Positions 14,389-28,100 of a stretch of 64,000 nt of DNA are shown one piece after another; within the stretch, counting starts at the first letter, position 1, and each line of letters opens with the position of its first letter. Location: assembly GCA_048013815.1 (NCBI GenBank), contig CM106586.1, positions 496,001 to 560,000 of the forward strand, given 5' to 3'. The stretch is from Setoptus koraiensis. Lineage: Eukaryota > Animalia > Arthropoda. The notes beneath the pieces are model-generated. The model was not told where the DNA came from, did no database searches, and saw only the letters and a list, made by a program, of their open reading frames with translations. The position numbers were made by a program, and so were the translations under genes.

Positions 14389-17300
14389 CACGCATGTCGC
14401 TTACGTAATACGGTAATTGGTACTAGCTAACTGATAGGACTGACTGCAGTCGCCAGTGGCAAATCCATTTGCAGCCAAGCGATCCTTTTGAAGACGATCC
14501 TGTCACAAGATGAACCAACACTCATAGTGTAAGACATTGATTGATATCATGCGTACTCCAACAGCAGCAGCAGCAACAACAACAACATCGACAACAACGA
14601 CAACAACATCAACGACAGCAACAACTGAGCCCATTTTTGAGGCTGGCAGCCTTCTCACGAGCAGCGTCGCGGGCCCAAATTGTTTGCTGGTGAGTGGCGA
14701 GTAACATTTTCATCATTGTCTAATCGATGCACCACGATATACGCTTTTTTGATGCTCCATTGAGTCTCTCGATAAGCGTGTGCGTCTAACCAACTACAAG
14801 TCCAATAACCTTTTGAGTGATACCAGCCACTAGACGGCATCATATCTCAAATCATCTCGTCTTTCCACAGTTTCGTGCCAGCTATAAACAAGCGGCGCTG
14901 ATTAAGAGGCAAAACAACAAAATCGCTTGTTAGAAATGCCCCAATTCGCTTTCGCGGGATCAACTCGTCAGAATTTCTTCTTTTTTCCTATCGCTTTTTG
15001 CCTGTCTCAATCAGTCATTCATATCATTTTTGATCATTTAGGTTTGCCAATTTTGCACACGCCACTCTAACAACTGGCCTAAAAAAAGGGCGATCCATAT
15101 TAAAAAGGTCATGGTATAAAATCTTGAATCAGCTTCATCAGATTATGTATTATTCAATAAATACGTGCACAGTTATGCAGAGAGGCTTGGATTTTTATAA
15201 TATTTACCGGGTGTACCGCGTATATTTTTGGCGCTTCAACTGGCAACTTAGGCTGCTTTTGCGCAATAGTTATTTGTTTTTCATTCAAAATCAATCCATT
15301 CATCGGCGAAATCAATTGATTCTGGAAATCGCCTCACTCTGATGAAATGTATATTTACATGTGAATTTTTGGTCTGTTCGGTGATTTCAAGCTCTCAACT
15401 AACAATCTATCATGATCATCACCAGCATAGTGTACATATGTATAGGATGTATAGGACGAGCGCTCTTGTTTTATGCCTTTTCACTAAACATGAGCAAGAG
15501 GGAATAAAACTAGCAATATGATGTGATAAATACAACTGCGAATGGATTCAGCCTCATTCGAGGCCGCGACCCGAGACACCTAGACACCCCTAGCGCCCCT
15601 ATGTGTAACATGTGACTCACTCTGACATGGTGTGAGCATTGTAGGCATTTGTGCGTGTGGGAGGTAGGATTTTTTATTTTATTTCATCATTTACATAGGT
15701 AAATAGGCGCTAATCCATTTGGGCATTAGTACGACGAAAGAACATACGAAAATAGCGATACTGAGGCAAGGGCAAAAAGAAAAGAAGGCGCACATATTAT
15801 CGTTGCATAATATGTATTAAAAGTTGAGAGGAACCTCTTTTGTTCTTGTTTGTTTTTTTGCACACTTTTCCAGCGGCTCTCTCATCTGTGGCGTCTGTCT
15901 TTTTCTAAAATAATGCATCGGACAGCTGGTAATTCGTTCCTCTAAGCGTTCACTATCTATGTTACGTACGATTCGATGTTACACGATGATGTTCCAGCAA
16001 GTAACCTATTATTATGAGCTAACACAGAGGCTCCAAATACCTGAAGAAATTGGCAGCCATTTGTGCTTGCAATATTGTCTGGTGCCGTTGCGTGTAAGTG
16101 AATGTATATTGGCGAAATTTATTCATTCGAAATTCTCATATGATATCAACAGTATTATTGTATAGCTTTGCACAACTTCTGGCCAATAGTGCGATCAATT
16201 GATCAATTTATCGAGGATCAATTGCATTGCAGTTTGATGGTCGTTTGTTGCGCTTGTCTGCCGCGGCTTGCGATCTTTGCGCGTTGCGTGCCGGGTTATC
16301 CGTCTGCCAGATTGACCCCAATTGATCCCTGAAGAGAAACAGTACACTTCGGATTGATTTGCATAACACCAAGAGAGCTCGCGAATCCATGAGTGAATAC
16401 ATATATATACGCACGCACAAATATCTATATGTATATAAATGCAGCCAATAAAGATAATACAACAAACAAAGGGAATATCTCTGCGGTCCGCAAATGTTGT
16501 GAATGAATGTCGAGCAAACTTGTGCGGTTTTAAGATCAAGGTCGCCCGAGGTGAGGATGAATTGTCTCGGTCAAGATGAATTGTCACAAAGCGTCGTGAA
16601 TAGTTGGGCCAATCGTCTTGACATGGACAACACATGTGCAGCCATCCCAAAAATCCGTGGCCATAAGCCTTTTTAATCCGTTACTTGTGCAACCCTTGCT
16701 TGGCGACCACGTGCTGTCGCAATTGGTAACAGCCAGCCTTGAGGCTCACTGTTACAGCATTACATCGCCGTGAGATTATCTGCTGTATGTGCGTGTTAGT
16801 GTGTCTACGTGATTGTCGTAAATTGAGCACATTAATTATGCAACACAGCACAATATACCGGCATTTATACACCGGTAACATAACAAATATTTGCTATGGT
16901 AGTTGCATCACAATCAGTTGCAGACTTGCAAGGATATCTAGATAGCCGTTATTGTTACACGTTATTGTGGGCCCGTTATTGTGGGGTGCATCATAACTAG
17001 AATTACCAGCAGAATTTAACAGCTAGATGTATGACGGTGAGAGAGAGGGTGAGAACAGGTACATATTTCGGTGGTCAGTCACTGGAGTAACTAGTTGGCT
17101 AACTCGTTAGTAAACTAGTAATGTATTGACAGTAATAAATAAATTGTCGTTTGTGAGTCACGTTCACACTGATCAAAACAATACATAACGTTAATAGACA
17201 AAACGATAAACAACGCTAACAATCGTGATCTGTCTGTTTGTGTACTTTTATGTGTTGTAGTTAGTTTGTCTCATCGTTTGTCCCGTATAAACTCATGACA

Positions 17301-20300
17301 ACAAACCTTTCGCTCAATTATGTAAGCTGCCAAATGAGATAAAACACGTCTACGTTGCTGGTGCTGATAATCAATGAAAGCTCATAGTTGCAGTGCACCC
17401 CAAGGGCTATTACAGTGTGCCTTTCGCCCTTTCCAAACCAGGCTCATAATGACTTTTATCAATGTAACCTTGCTACGGGATCAAACGTCATCATCAACTG
17501 TGCCATGTTAACGCTGGGGGCATTTCGCAGTTACTGGTGCTCCGAAAAAGTACTCATCACGGCCAATAATGAGTAATGTGTGACCTAGAATTTCACCTAG
17601 AAAAATGCCCTCCATATACGCTCTCTACAATGGGTATGCCAGCGGTACTTCTGGCATAGTAACCAGTTACAAATGCAAATTAGTGTTGCCGAAAAGTTAC
17701 TCATTTATATTATCAATTAAACTCAACCAAAGGTACGTGGTCTCAAGTGCTTGCACTTGATAATTGCGGGCCCAAATTACGTCATGCGCCTCACCTAGCT
17801 GATCCACCACAGCCAACAGTGAGCCAACAGCCAAACAACGACAACACAACGGCACAAAAAGCAAATTTTGCATCATTACAATGTTTACTGATAGTTGGGT
17901 GGTCAGCGCATAACACGCTGTTATGCGCTTAATTGATTCAATTGAATTAATCTTGTCAGAAGCAGGTTAGCAGTAGTTGTTTCGAACGCAATATTCACGC
18001 TCAATTCACGCTGGCCTCAGGCGGAAAATCATGCAAGTACAGGTAACAATATGTTTGTTGTTTTAGTAACATTATTAACATCAACGATGAGTTGTGATTG
18101 CAGCAAGTTACAACTGTACATTACGTAATGTATATGTATGAAGAGTGTGTTGCGCAATCGGAACTGCTCTAGATATATTATTATTATTGCTGCTGCTGAT
18201 GCCAAATTGGTTGAGATTGGTATGAGATCGGTGTGAGATTGGTGAGATATGCAGATGACGCAGAAAGGTTAAATCAGTTGATCTGCCGCGCTGGCACCAA
18301 CAACAAACATGTCAGTCAGCTTTGGCTTCCTTGAATAATAAATCACAATTTCCATTCAATGACATTAGCTCATTTCCGAAATAGATCGCTGATATGAGAA
18401 TTCGTTAATATCACATACCTATAGATAGACCATGCCACCCACCAGACGGATGCGCTCTGATCTGATTTGATTGGATTTTTTTCATTCCCCCAACTTTGGG
18501 CCAACTTTGGGCCGAATTTGGGGTCACAACCGGTGTCTAGGTTCATGCGATATTTGGTTCGCAGCACATTTGGTTCAACGAGCTTGCACACGACCAGACA
18601 ATTATTTCGGGCGAAAAATAACGGGTGTTAATAAAAACGCCAGACTGGCTGCAGTCCAATGTAGTATAGATAGGTGTATTAGTTAATGGTTTAAAGCCCT
18701 TGCCTTTATTATGAGAATGCACCAGTCTAACACTGAATTTAACTTTAATTCTGAGTCAAACACACGTGAATAGCTCACTTGTTAATGGCACACATTCTCG
18801 GCTATCGAGCTTGTTCAGACCTTGTTGGTGTTCATCAGCATATGTTTGCATGATAACAGCAGACTGTGGGATCGTTATCGTTGAAGGGTCTGAAATTAAT
18901 TCACGGGAAATAGGAAATTCAAAATTAAACAGATTAGTTCATCCATCCAAATGTCAGACAACAAAATTCAAAATATTCATTTATGGAACACAGCTGTAAG
19001 TGTCGCGCGCCTCATCTCTCGCCTAGCTTCGTCTCATCTACTCTTCTCTGGCCTTATCGCTGGCCTCATGATACGCTGCATAATAAATAGTGCACGTGAT
19101 GATATATTGATATGTTAATATGCTCTCTATACCTTGCTGACACGCTAGATATTGAATGTTCAATATCAGAAATATATCTAATATATCGAGTCTGCCTGGC
19201 CAATATCACGTTGTCATTAAAATAATCTCTCGCTCGCTTGCCAGTATAATGTATACATATATATTATATAATAATATAATATGTCGACAACTATAGTGAT
19301 GACACATAGATATATGCACGTCTACCCACTAACCTTCTTGGCTCGTCCATCGATATCTGGCCCAATTCTAGGCCAGCTAATTTGCATAACTGTAAACGCG
19401 CGTTAACGTAAACTGTGAAATGTGTTGTTGTTGTTGTTGTTGGCTTGCAACTATCACACTTGGCCGTATCTAAATTGTGTCGTGTGATGCTATGTAAACA
19501 TGGAGATTTATCTATTTGATGGCCTATGTGGTTGAAATCTCACTCGAAGTGACTCACTATGGATATGGCAATAATGAGTCGAAACATATTGCAGCGGATG
19601 TAGAGACGGACATAGAGAGAAACCTTCGCTTATTGTTGATTAGTTGTTTGTTAAACGCGAATGTGGCGCCAGTCCATTAATTAATGGTGCTGCTTGTTTA
19701 CTTCTTCAGGTTACTTTATTTGATGCTATCTCATCTACTGTTAGCTCTAGTTTGCAATTATATCCGTCAACGGTTAATATTAACCAACTAGTAGTAATAT
19801 AAACCAAGAGTGGCAAACTAACATAACCGGCAATTTACATACTTACTTATTTAGTGCCTCGCTTGTGACTTATCGTTTGTATAATATATATACTATATAT
19901 TTACTTGTACACGTATATCATATGCTTGTAATTCAAATTCACAATGCCACACCACCACCAACAACAACAACAATAACTCAGCTAGATAGCTGTAGTTGGC
20001 ACAACTCATATATGATACAGTGAATAAAAGTTATAGCTACATCTACTAAAACAACCAAGCGACAGCCTTTGCAACCGGAAGTAGTATTTCTACATTATTT
20101 GTACCATCTACCAACGACACAGACTCGTGTTTTAGCCAGCTGCATAAGACTACTTATGCTTGTGTTAAAATGCTAATGATAAGTGTTGTTGATATTGGCA
20201 GCCTTCTAAAGCATAGATATAACATTGTGACATAACGTTATATCAAGCACAGTTACGTAACACTGTTGTGATACAACAAGAGACAGAGAATGTAAACAAT

Positions 20301-21600
20301 TGCAAAGTGCGATTCTATGTTTGTCACAAGTCCGTTCGCAAATCACTAACAAAGTAAGTCAAGTCCAAGCTAGTCCGACAGTAGATTAGACTATAGTATT
20401 ACATGTATAGTAACATGTTACATAAACATGCAATTAGAGACACAACACATTGCACCGGAAAAAACGTTGCTTACAATTGGCAATTTTGTTTCTTTTCACA
20501 GGCTAGACTTGTGTCGCTTGCTTTTATTTTACAATTTCACAATGAAAGCAGCGCTTGATTAAAGAATAACTAAAGGACAATGATGATGAAATTTGTTAGC
20601 GCCCCAGATAAACAAATCACCCAATTCAATGTATCTATCAAACCTTATTTACTACATTTGTACAATTCTAATCTATCTGTACGTAAAAGAAAAACATGCA
20701 CGCGGCCGGCCGGTTCCAACGATCAGCTATAACAAAAGTTTTCGTTTCAGATTTGTCAGTCGCCATGAACAAACACATTAATTCAGTGCTTGCCGATAGT
20801 CTTCAGATGCATCTCAATCTCATTTGAATTCTCCTCGCTTAGCAATAGGTGTCTGCTTTTGTTTATTAAAACTAAGCAACTGATCATAATGTCAAGTTGA
20901 GATGTCGCTGATGCATAGGATGTTGACAGGTTGTCCGAGATGGATAGTCACATGTAGTTCGTGAGTGTTCATTTGGCGCAATCTGGGATGAACACAATTT
21001 GATTGGATATAAAATTTCGTTCGAGATAAAACAAAACCAATCCATAGAGTCTGCTTAAACACAAACAAAGGGCCCATTGGATGACGAAAAAATATTTTCA
21101 GTAATACAATGACACGTTGTTTTGAGGGTAAACTTCTTTTTTTTTCTGGCAACTCTCGACAAACATTTTTCTGGCAACTCTCGACAAACATCTTTCTGGT
21201 CAATACAAGACACGTCGATACAATGAGTGCTATAGCAATCTCTTGTTTTGAAATTCTTGGTGACTGATTGACAGCAACTGACTGAAAAACTGACGAAACA
21301 ATAAATCGAGGGCCTCCGAACGCTTGATTTGTATGGGTCAGTCAAGGTCACAGGGTCCAACAGATTTATATTCGAAAAATACGCTTTCATTCTTCCATAG
21401 AAACAGCGATTATTGTTTGTGAAAAGAGCGTTATCAGCATTATTCAATCTAAACATGTTACATAGCAAACAAAATTAAGCTTGCCTATTTTCTGGGTCAA
21501 CTAAATTTAGCTATCTAATTATAGGGCCAAATTTATGTTGCTCATGTAATATTTGATTGTCCGAATCGAGTTATAATTTCAAAAGCCCAAAATCTCGGAA

Positions 21601-21877
21601 GAATTAACTATTATCTAAATATTAGAGAATTAATTTAGATTCACCTAATTCAGTCAGGAATGACCAACGAAAACGCACATGTGTACATCCAAGCGAAGCA
21701 GATATGTCAGTTTCGGTTTGAGAAAAAAAGAGCAACTTAACAATTCGGTCTCGTTCTTATATCCAGATTGATCGAATAAATGCGGTCCTGCTCACCTCCT
21801 TCCTTTAAATATCGAATCAACGCTGCACAAGATGTCTAATTTGTACTTGTGGTAATAGAACATCTTCGAGAGTTTGC
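21601..21877 (+). repeat. 277-bp dispersed direct repeat, copy 1
   Basis: Colinear with 23108-23384 with scattered substitutions; the flank at about 21878-21940 also resembles about 24002-24070. Confidence 0.9.
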
Positions 21878-22354
21878 CATTTGCTGCCAGTGGTCATGTG
21901 TGTTCAGTTCCGTTTTCTAGGGTGTCGCCAGTGAAGTATTAATTAAGTATTAATTATAAGTAATAATTAATATATCGAAATGTTGGTTTTTGTTGCGTGT
22001 TTTTATAAAATTCCCTGTCTGTCACAAGGTCCGACTAACATTTGACATTGCATTCACCGGGAGGAATGTGCAGCGTTCAATTATACATGAAAAGCAAGAA
22101 AAATACGGGCTCAGCGAAGTATTCAATCATTTTAGACACTCAGATCCTGAGAAAATTCTTGGGGTGCCCCGATAAAGGGCAGAAAATGCCCTTTTTCTCG
22201 ATCTGTTCGTGTCGTTTCGAACAATCAGAAGAACTGTCCTATTTAAATTGGGTTAATTTGGGCTATTTTTATCTCATTTTCGGTTCATTCATTTCGGTAC
22301 ATTTTTATGTGTTGCGATCGGCGAATCTTTGGATCTATTATTAGCTAGATCTTT

Positions 22355-22360
22355 TTTATT
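22355..22360 (-). terminator. Putative poly(A) signal AATAAA of the Cys-rich peptide gene
   Basis: TTTATT on the + strand, about 95 nt past the stop codon at 22455. Confidence 0.45.
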
Positions 22361-22454
22361 CTATCCATTGCTGATGACGATTTCTCATTCGAAATCTGTG
22401 TATCAGAGCGATAAAAAATGGAGAAATCTCACTATCGCAAGTTTCCCGATCCAC

Positions 22455-22700
22455 TCATCCTACGAGCCAATCTCTGCAGCAGCAGATTCCCATTTGCGGG
22501 CGCCTGTCTCCTGGTGCGCGGCCTGGGCGCACGCCATCATGGAAGCCAGCCATTTGGCAACCTCTTCGGCATTCACCATAATAATCTATCTCGTAAGGGT
22601 ATCCTGGTGTATTATTACATCTGAAGGCTGCGGCGTAACCAACCAAGGCCAAATTGACGGATAGAACCAGGGCCAAGATCAAAATGATATGCTTGAACAT
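22455..22700 (-). CDS. Secreted six-cysteine defensin/toxin-like peptide precursor, 81 aa, intronless
   Basis: ATG at 22700. Hydrophobic signal peptide MFKHIILILALVLSVNLALVGYAAA, then a 56-aa mature region with C-x15-CxxxC-x24-CCC, GF..G after CxxxC, and a C-terminal Gly. Promoter-like motifs upstream and AATAAA downstream. Confidence 0.75.
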   Translation of the reverse strand: MFKHIILILALVLSVNLALVGYAAAFRCNNTPGYPYEIDYYGECRRGCQMAGFHDGVRPGRAPGDRRPQMGICCCRDWLVG

Positions 22701-22819
22701 CACTTTCCTTTCTTTTTCTCGTCCGGCTTTTTAGCGAAGATATTCGTAATGACTATCGATTGAACTGGTCTGACTGTTTGTATTTTGCTTGTGATCTGTC
22801 TACTTTGAGAGATCTACTT

Positions 22820-22854
22820 CGAATGATATCCTCACTGAGCTGTTGCCTTTTATG
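22820..22854 (-). promoter_or_regulatory. Putative core promoter of the peptide gene (TATA-like CATAAAA plus TCATT initiator)
   Basis: CATAAAAG at 22854-22847; the A of TCATT at 22824 lies 30 nt downstream, the canonical arthropod TATA-Inr spacing. Confidence 0.4.
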
Positions 22855-23107
22855 TTTACGTTGAGCATATATTGAGCAATCTAATTTTAGATTTTACATT
22901 TTGAAACGTTGGTGCCAGTTGTATATTCTTATAGAATCGTTTGCCAGGCAGCCATTTTTCGATAGACATTGCACATTGGGTTCTCTGGGACGAAATGTCT
23001 GCTAATATTTGAAGTAACAGTCGGGATCGGGTCGTAATATCAACAGCCCAAAATGTTGAATACCACAATTTCGAATACTAAAATCTCGAAAATCCAAAAT
23101 TTTGAAA

Positions 23108-23384
23108 GAATTAAGAATTATCTAAATATTAGAGAATTAATTTAGATTCACCTAATTCAGTCAGTAATGACCAACGAAAACGCACATGCATATATCCAAA
23201 CGAAGCAGATATGTCGGTTTCGATTAGAGAAAAAAAGAACAATTTAACAAATTGATCTCGTTCTCATATCCAGATTGATCGAATAAATGCGGTCCTGCTC
23301 ACCCCCTTCCTTTGAATATCGGATCAACGCTGTACAATATGTCTAATTTGTACTTGCGGTAACAAAACATCGTCGAGAGTTTGC
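23108..23384 (+). repeat. 277-bp dispersed direct repeat, copy 2
   Basis: Colinear with 21601-21877. Confidence 0.9.
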
Positions 23385-25076
23385 TAACATAAAATGTTTG
23401 GTTGTCGTGTGAGCATTACAGAGTAAGCGATCATAGCTTAAGTGAGTAAGTCTGAGGACATGTACCATTTCGCTGAGATTCAGCACAAAATAAGAGGTGA
23501 ATTGGGGGCGCACTTTATCTCTGGTCAGATCCTATTGATATTAATGCAGATCTTTTTCAGGGAACTCTCGCGATCAAAACAACGCTAGCATTCAGCTTTC
23601 ACGTCGGAATATATTCCCGTCATTCAACCATTTACATGCAACTTTTCTGGCCAACATCTCTAGTATACTGTATCCATTAACTAAAGTGTCATGATGAGTA
23701 ACTCAGCCGAGTTAACTGGTTATATTATTGTTTACGTACGCATTAGGTATCATATTTTTTCTCTAGACTGCAGATGAAATGAAATCTCTAGGCTAATGTG
23801 CTAACTAACTAACCATTAGCTATCGGCTAATGGATGTCGCCAGGGGCCCACTGACATATGCAAATATAATGATCATCATTTCCATACTCTACTGATCAAT
23901 ATCAATATTATTAGTCATGAGGATGAAATAAATGGTCCATAAATGGAATGTTATGGGGTACTAATTACGAAAAAATGCTTGATACAGCTCGCATTTCTTG
24001 ACCATTTGTTGCCATTGGTCAAGTGTGTTCAGTTTCGTTTTCTAAGCTGTCGCTGTGTGGCCAATGCAGTATCAGTATTAGTTGACTGATTGATTGAAAG
24101 CTTACCAGCCAGATATCGAGCAAGTATAGATGTTATTGATACTCTCTCCGAAAAATGTATTGCCTGCTCCATCTGTGTTATAAGCTCTTAGTGGGCTCTA
24201 TATCTTTCAATTAATTAGATTGCTGGATGCGCCATGTACGCCAACTAATCAATGTATCAAGCGCAAAAACACTAAGCTCGCTAGAGAGTGTATTTTTGTG
24301 ACATCTAACGGGATTTTAGTACACCTACACATATTGGTGTGATGGCACGATGATGGCAAAAAGAAAATATCTAGCCAAGTCAATATACACCCATATTAAA
24401 TACAAATACTCCATGGGTACACTGTATCGTGGGCAAACTCAATCAGATGATTCCCTTATGAATGGGTTTGTTGCAGTTGGTAGCTTCTCATATGAAATGA
24501 ATAGCTAGCTAATGCCTAACTAACGTTATGTTGCCTTTCTTTTTCGGTGGCATTCCGAAATATCAAGTTCAGGCTTATGAGTGATTAGAATGAGTTCAAC
24601 GAACCAGTATCTGAGTCATCTGTAAAACGATATGTATTCGAGAGCTGACTCAGTATCAATAGATAGACAGTGTGCTGTCGCTAATATTCTGAGAAAGAAA
24701 CCTTAATTAAATGAATAGCAAAAGGACAAGGAGCTTAACTGATCGATTGATCGCTTATACAAAACGCTTACAACGGCCCGATCAATTTAGTGTTGAGCTT
24801 AATTTAGACTCAAATTATATCTTTTAAATCCCACAAAATCAGTCTCGTGAATAGTAGCATTTTTTGTTGTTTAGTCGCGCACGCGCTGAATTATGTAGCG
24901 GCGAATGTGCCAGTGATTGATGATTCTATACATGATTATACATGTACACATTTTATACACTTATGTTAGAGCTTTTGAACGAGTGCAAAAGAAGTTTGAT
25001 CAGTCCGCTTTAATCTGTATGGGAAGCTTCTTTTGTAGCTCGAGAGATTTTGCCAGAGACCGAGTCGACATGTGTT

Positions 25077-25144
25077 CATGAAAAGAAATCGATGCAGCTC
25101 ATGAAAAGAAATCGCTGCGGCTCATGAAAAGAAATCGTTGCACT
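25077..25144. repeat. 23-bp tandem repeat (CATGAAAAGAAATCGNTGCRGCT) x3
   Basis: Units start at 25077, 25100 and 25123. Confidence 0.88.
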
Positions 25145-28100
25145 TTATTTGTTCCAATGTCATCCAAGTTGAAAATCAAGTTCATCGTATTAAGTGACAA
25201 AGAGACAAGCGAGCAAAAAAGTCGTCACGAGAATAAGAATATCGAGGTCTTAACTTGGATCGGCTTACAATATATGATTGGATATGATTTATATATATAT
25301 ATCTAGTGCAATCAGTTTGTCAGTCGTGTGCAGCTGCAAATTAATTACAAATAAAAACTATTTCGGTCACCTCTCACTAGAGTAGCAAGACTCTAGTGAG
25401 ACTGTGCTAGTTAAATGTTAAGCGAGTATGCCTCTTGTGAAATCAGCTAATCGAACGCGTAATAATGACGTAATAACCGCGTTGACGAAGAAGCCATCTT
25501 GCAGTTTATAATCAGTTTAGTTCACACATTATAGTGTCTGTCTATATATGTGTCTAAGTCTTGGTGAACGTGCTGATGATGTGAATGTGATGATCTGAAA
25601 CGGCGTACAATGTCCATAAGTTAACATGACGTTTTTATCTGGAACTGGTGTGAGGTATTGACAAACAAGGTATCAGACAAACAAACAATAGTCAAACATG
25701 CGCATCACATGCCACATGATAAGCGGCATAACTTTTGTTAATGGCTGAATGACCATTGGTCAGCAGTGACTGCTTTTTCACTGCTTTGCACAAGTAACAA
25801 CAGCACAACAATAAAATATATAACGGGCCATAACGCTCAACTAGTCAGCCATCAGATCAGTTGTGATACATACGCTAACAGACACACACTTAACGCAAAT
25901 TGGCCCACAATGGAAAAGACTGTAGAAATCTTCATTGAAAAAGGTTCAATCTCATCACAACCTGACATCACTTGTTGTATTGCACAACAATGCACAATGA
26001 TGACACAAAGTTTGAAAATGTCGATAGATTTCAATTAAGTTCTGCAGTACCGAAATTACCTCTCAACACACGATTGAAATTCGTTTCACAATTTAATATA
26101 ATAACTGTAACAATTTACATGGTCTTCTTTCTCTATCAATCAATCAGCAGTGAGGCTATTTCGCAAACACCGAACAGTCTCGAAGGACCAAAACACCGCC
26201 ACTGAACACATCAATCAACGAACAATTAAGTTAGTTGAAAAGAATGGCCTTATTAAATTGGTGATGGTCATCAATTAAAAACTCAAGTAAAAAGCTCAAC
26301 TGACTAGTGGAGTGGACAAAGAAGAGCCAAAATCAGAGATTGAACTAGCAGCCGCGAAGCGCGTTTATACCAGCAAATACTTGTCAAGAAATACATGTAA
26401 GATCATATCATGAATTCATTCGGTGAGTTATTACTGATAATTATTACTTGCAATTAACGAGTCATTAACTTGTCATGCATCGAAAATTCAAATTATCGCT
26501 ATCGAGCACCTCAGCTTTCGAGTGCCGAGAATGAGATGCAGTGAAGTTAGTTGCCGTTCATACTTATGCAAAAGTAATTTCGTAGTAGTTCGTGTACAAA
26601 ATACTCTCGTGCTAGACTAGTAAGACCCACTCATACAACACAACAATACCGACTAATCCCGGCAACAAAATATTAGCTGTCAAAATAATTGGAACAAAAT
26701 TTTTTATTATTGCAAGCGAACAAGCTCAACAAATCCCAGTGAGAACATGCTCAATCATCTTTTTCTTGCTACTGACAATTTTGACACGCGTGAAAACGCA
26801 TGAGGTCTCTCTGAAGGTCCTTCTTGGAAAATTGTCCAGCGTTTATTTGGTCGACCAACAAAATGTTGTCAAAATGGGCACAAGTTGAAAAATCGTTGGT
26901 GTTGATGGAAACAAGCATGCTGTCAGAGCTGTTATGTCAGTCGACCACCAATGCGTCGAGCAACATATTTCGCGAGCCAAGCAATTGTAAAAACGTAAAT
27001 TGTACACCTGTCGTCGCACAATGCTGTCATGGACATTGTCGTAGTTACACAACAGCCACAGATATGCCAGGTATACCTGTGAAAGTGTTAATGTTGTTGT
27101 TAAACCGGCAGCAATTGGCGCTGGATATTACATAATATTACGTCGGGTATGTCTATATTATCGGACACACATAATAGTCAATATTGCGTGTCAGCTTTCT
27201 GTTAATATCACAACACTTGTTTTGTGTTACTCGATATCTCGATATTGCGCTCTGGAATAATCTTTTAGAAATTTAGCCCTCAGCTATCTTATGGCTGTGA
27301 CAGTGGCCGAGATAATGGCGAGATGGCCACACATAGAATAGAGAGTGTCAGCTTCGAATTGAACCCATTTACCGATATAACGGCATAGCGGTTGAATGCG
27401 CTCATTCACTTGCGAAGATGAGCTATTCCGGTGACTTCTTCTTTTCGCAGGCGCACCAATAGTCTTATTGACGCACTCACAAAGTCTCGAAATAACGTCT
27501 TGTCAATGGGGCCCCTCTGTAGGAGCCCCTGTCGCACTCACAGCTTGTCGCCCATTGATTGTGTGTAGTCACCTGTGCCAAGTACTTGCCATATTATGCA
27601 CACAGTCGGGGACGAGCTAGCGGCCAAAGGGCAAACAGAGAGATAAACAATGATGATAGATGACAAGTATAAAAGGAGTGAATGAAAAATCAATCATGAT
27701 CGCCAAATGTTCTCTTATGGAGCCCAAAGTTTCGCTTCAGTGCCCAATAACAGTTCTCTTACACTCACAATGACCTACTTTGCCATCACTGAATCTGTCC
27801 CTTTTTTTTCTGACATTCAGGCTTTACGTTTGTGTGTCTATTCAATTTATTTCCTCATTCAAGTATTATTTTTGTCCGAATCGAGCACCAGTTGTGCATC
27901 AATGCCCGACCATTTCCAACTGGAACCGATCAGTCCGATCAGTTAGAAATCGCCCTGCACGCTTGAGCCGGTCGCTCGATTGATTCACCTGATTAGCTGG
28001 TTGATCAATTTGATTAAATTGATCAACCAGCTAAAGCTAGTCCGGCATTTAAGTATGTAAAAATAAGCCAGTACCTGAATTAGAAATACTCGCCTCATCG

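Noticed and set aside
20892-21468. Minus-strand ORFs with an HxxH-like stretch suggesting an HUH Rep
   Set aside because: No proper HUH or catalytic Tyr motif context; the frames are partly built from a 25-bp duplication.
21820-21897. 26-aa ORF MTTGSKWQTLEDVLLPQVQIRHLVQR (- strand) with apparently synonymous differences between the repeat copies
   Set aside because: Only six differences, the same positions are also mostly synonymous in a + strand frame, and the second copy lacks the ATG.
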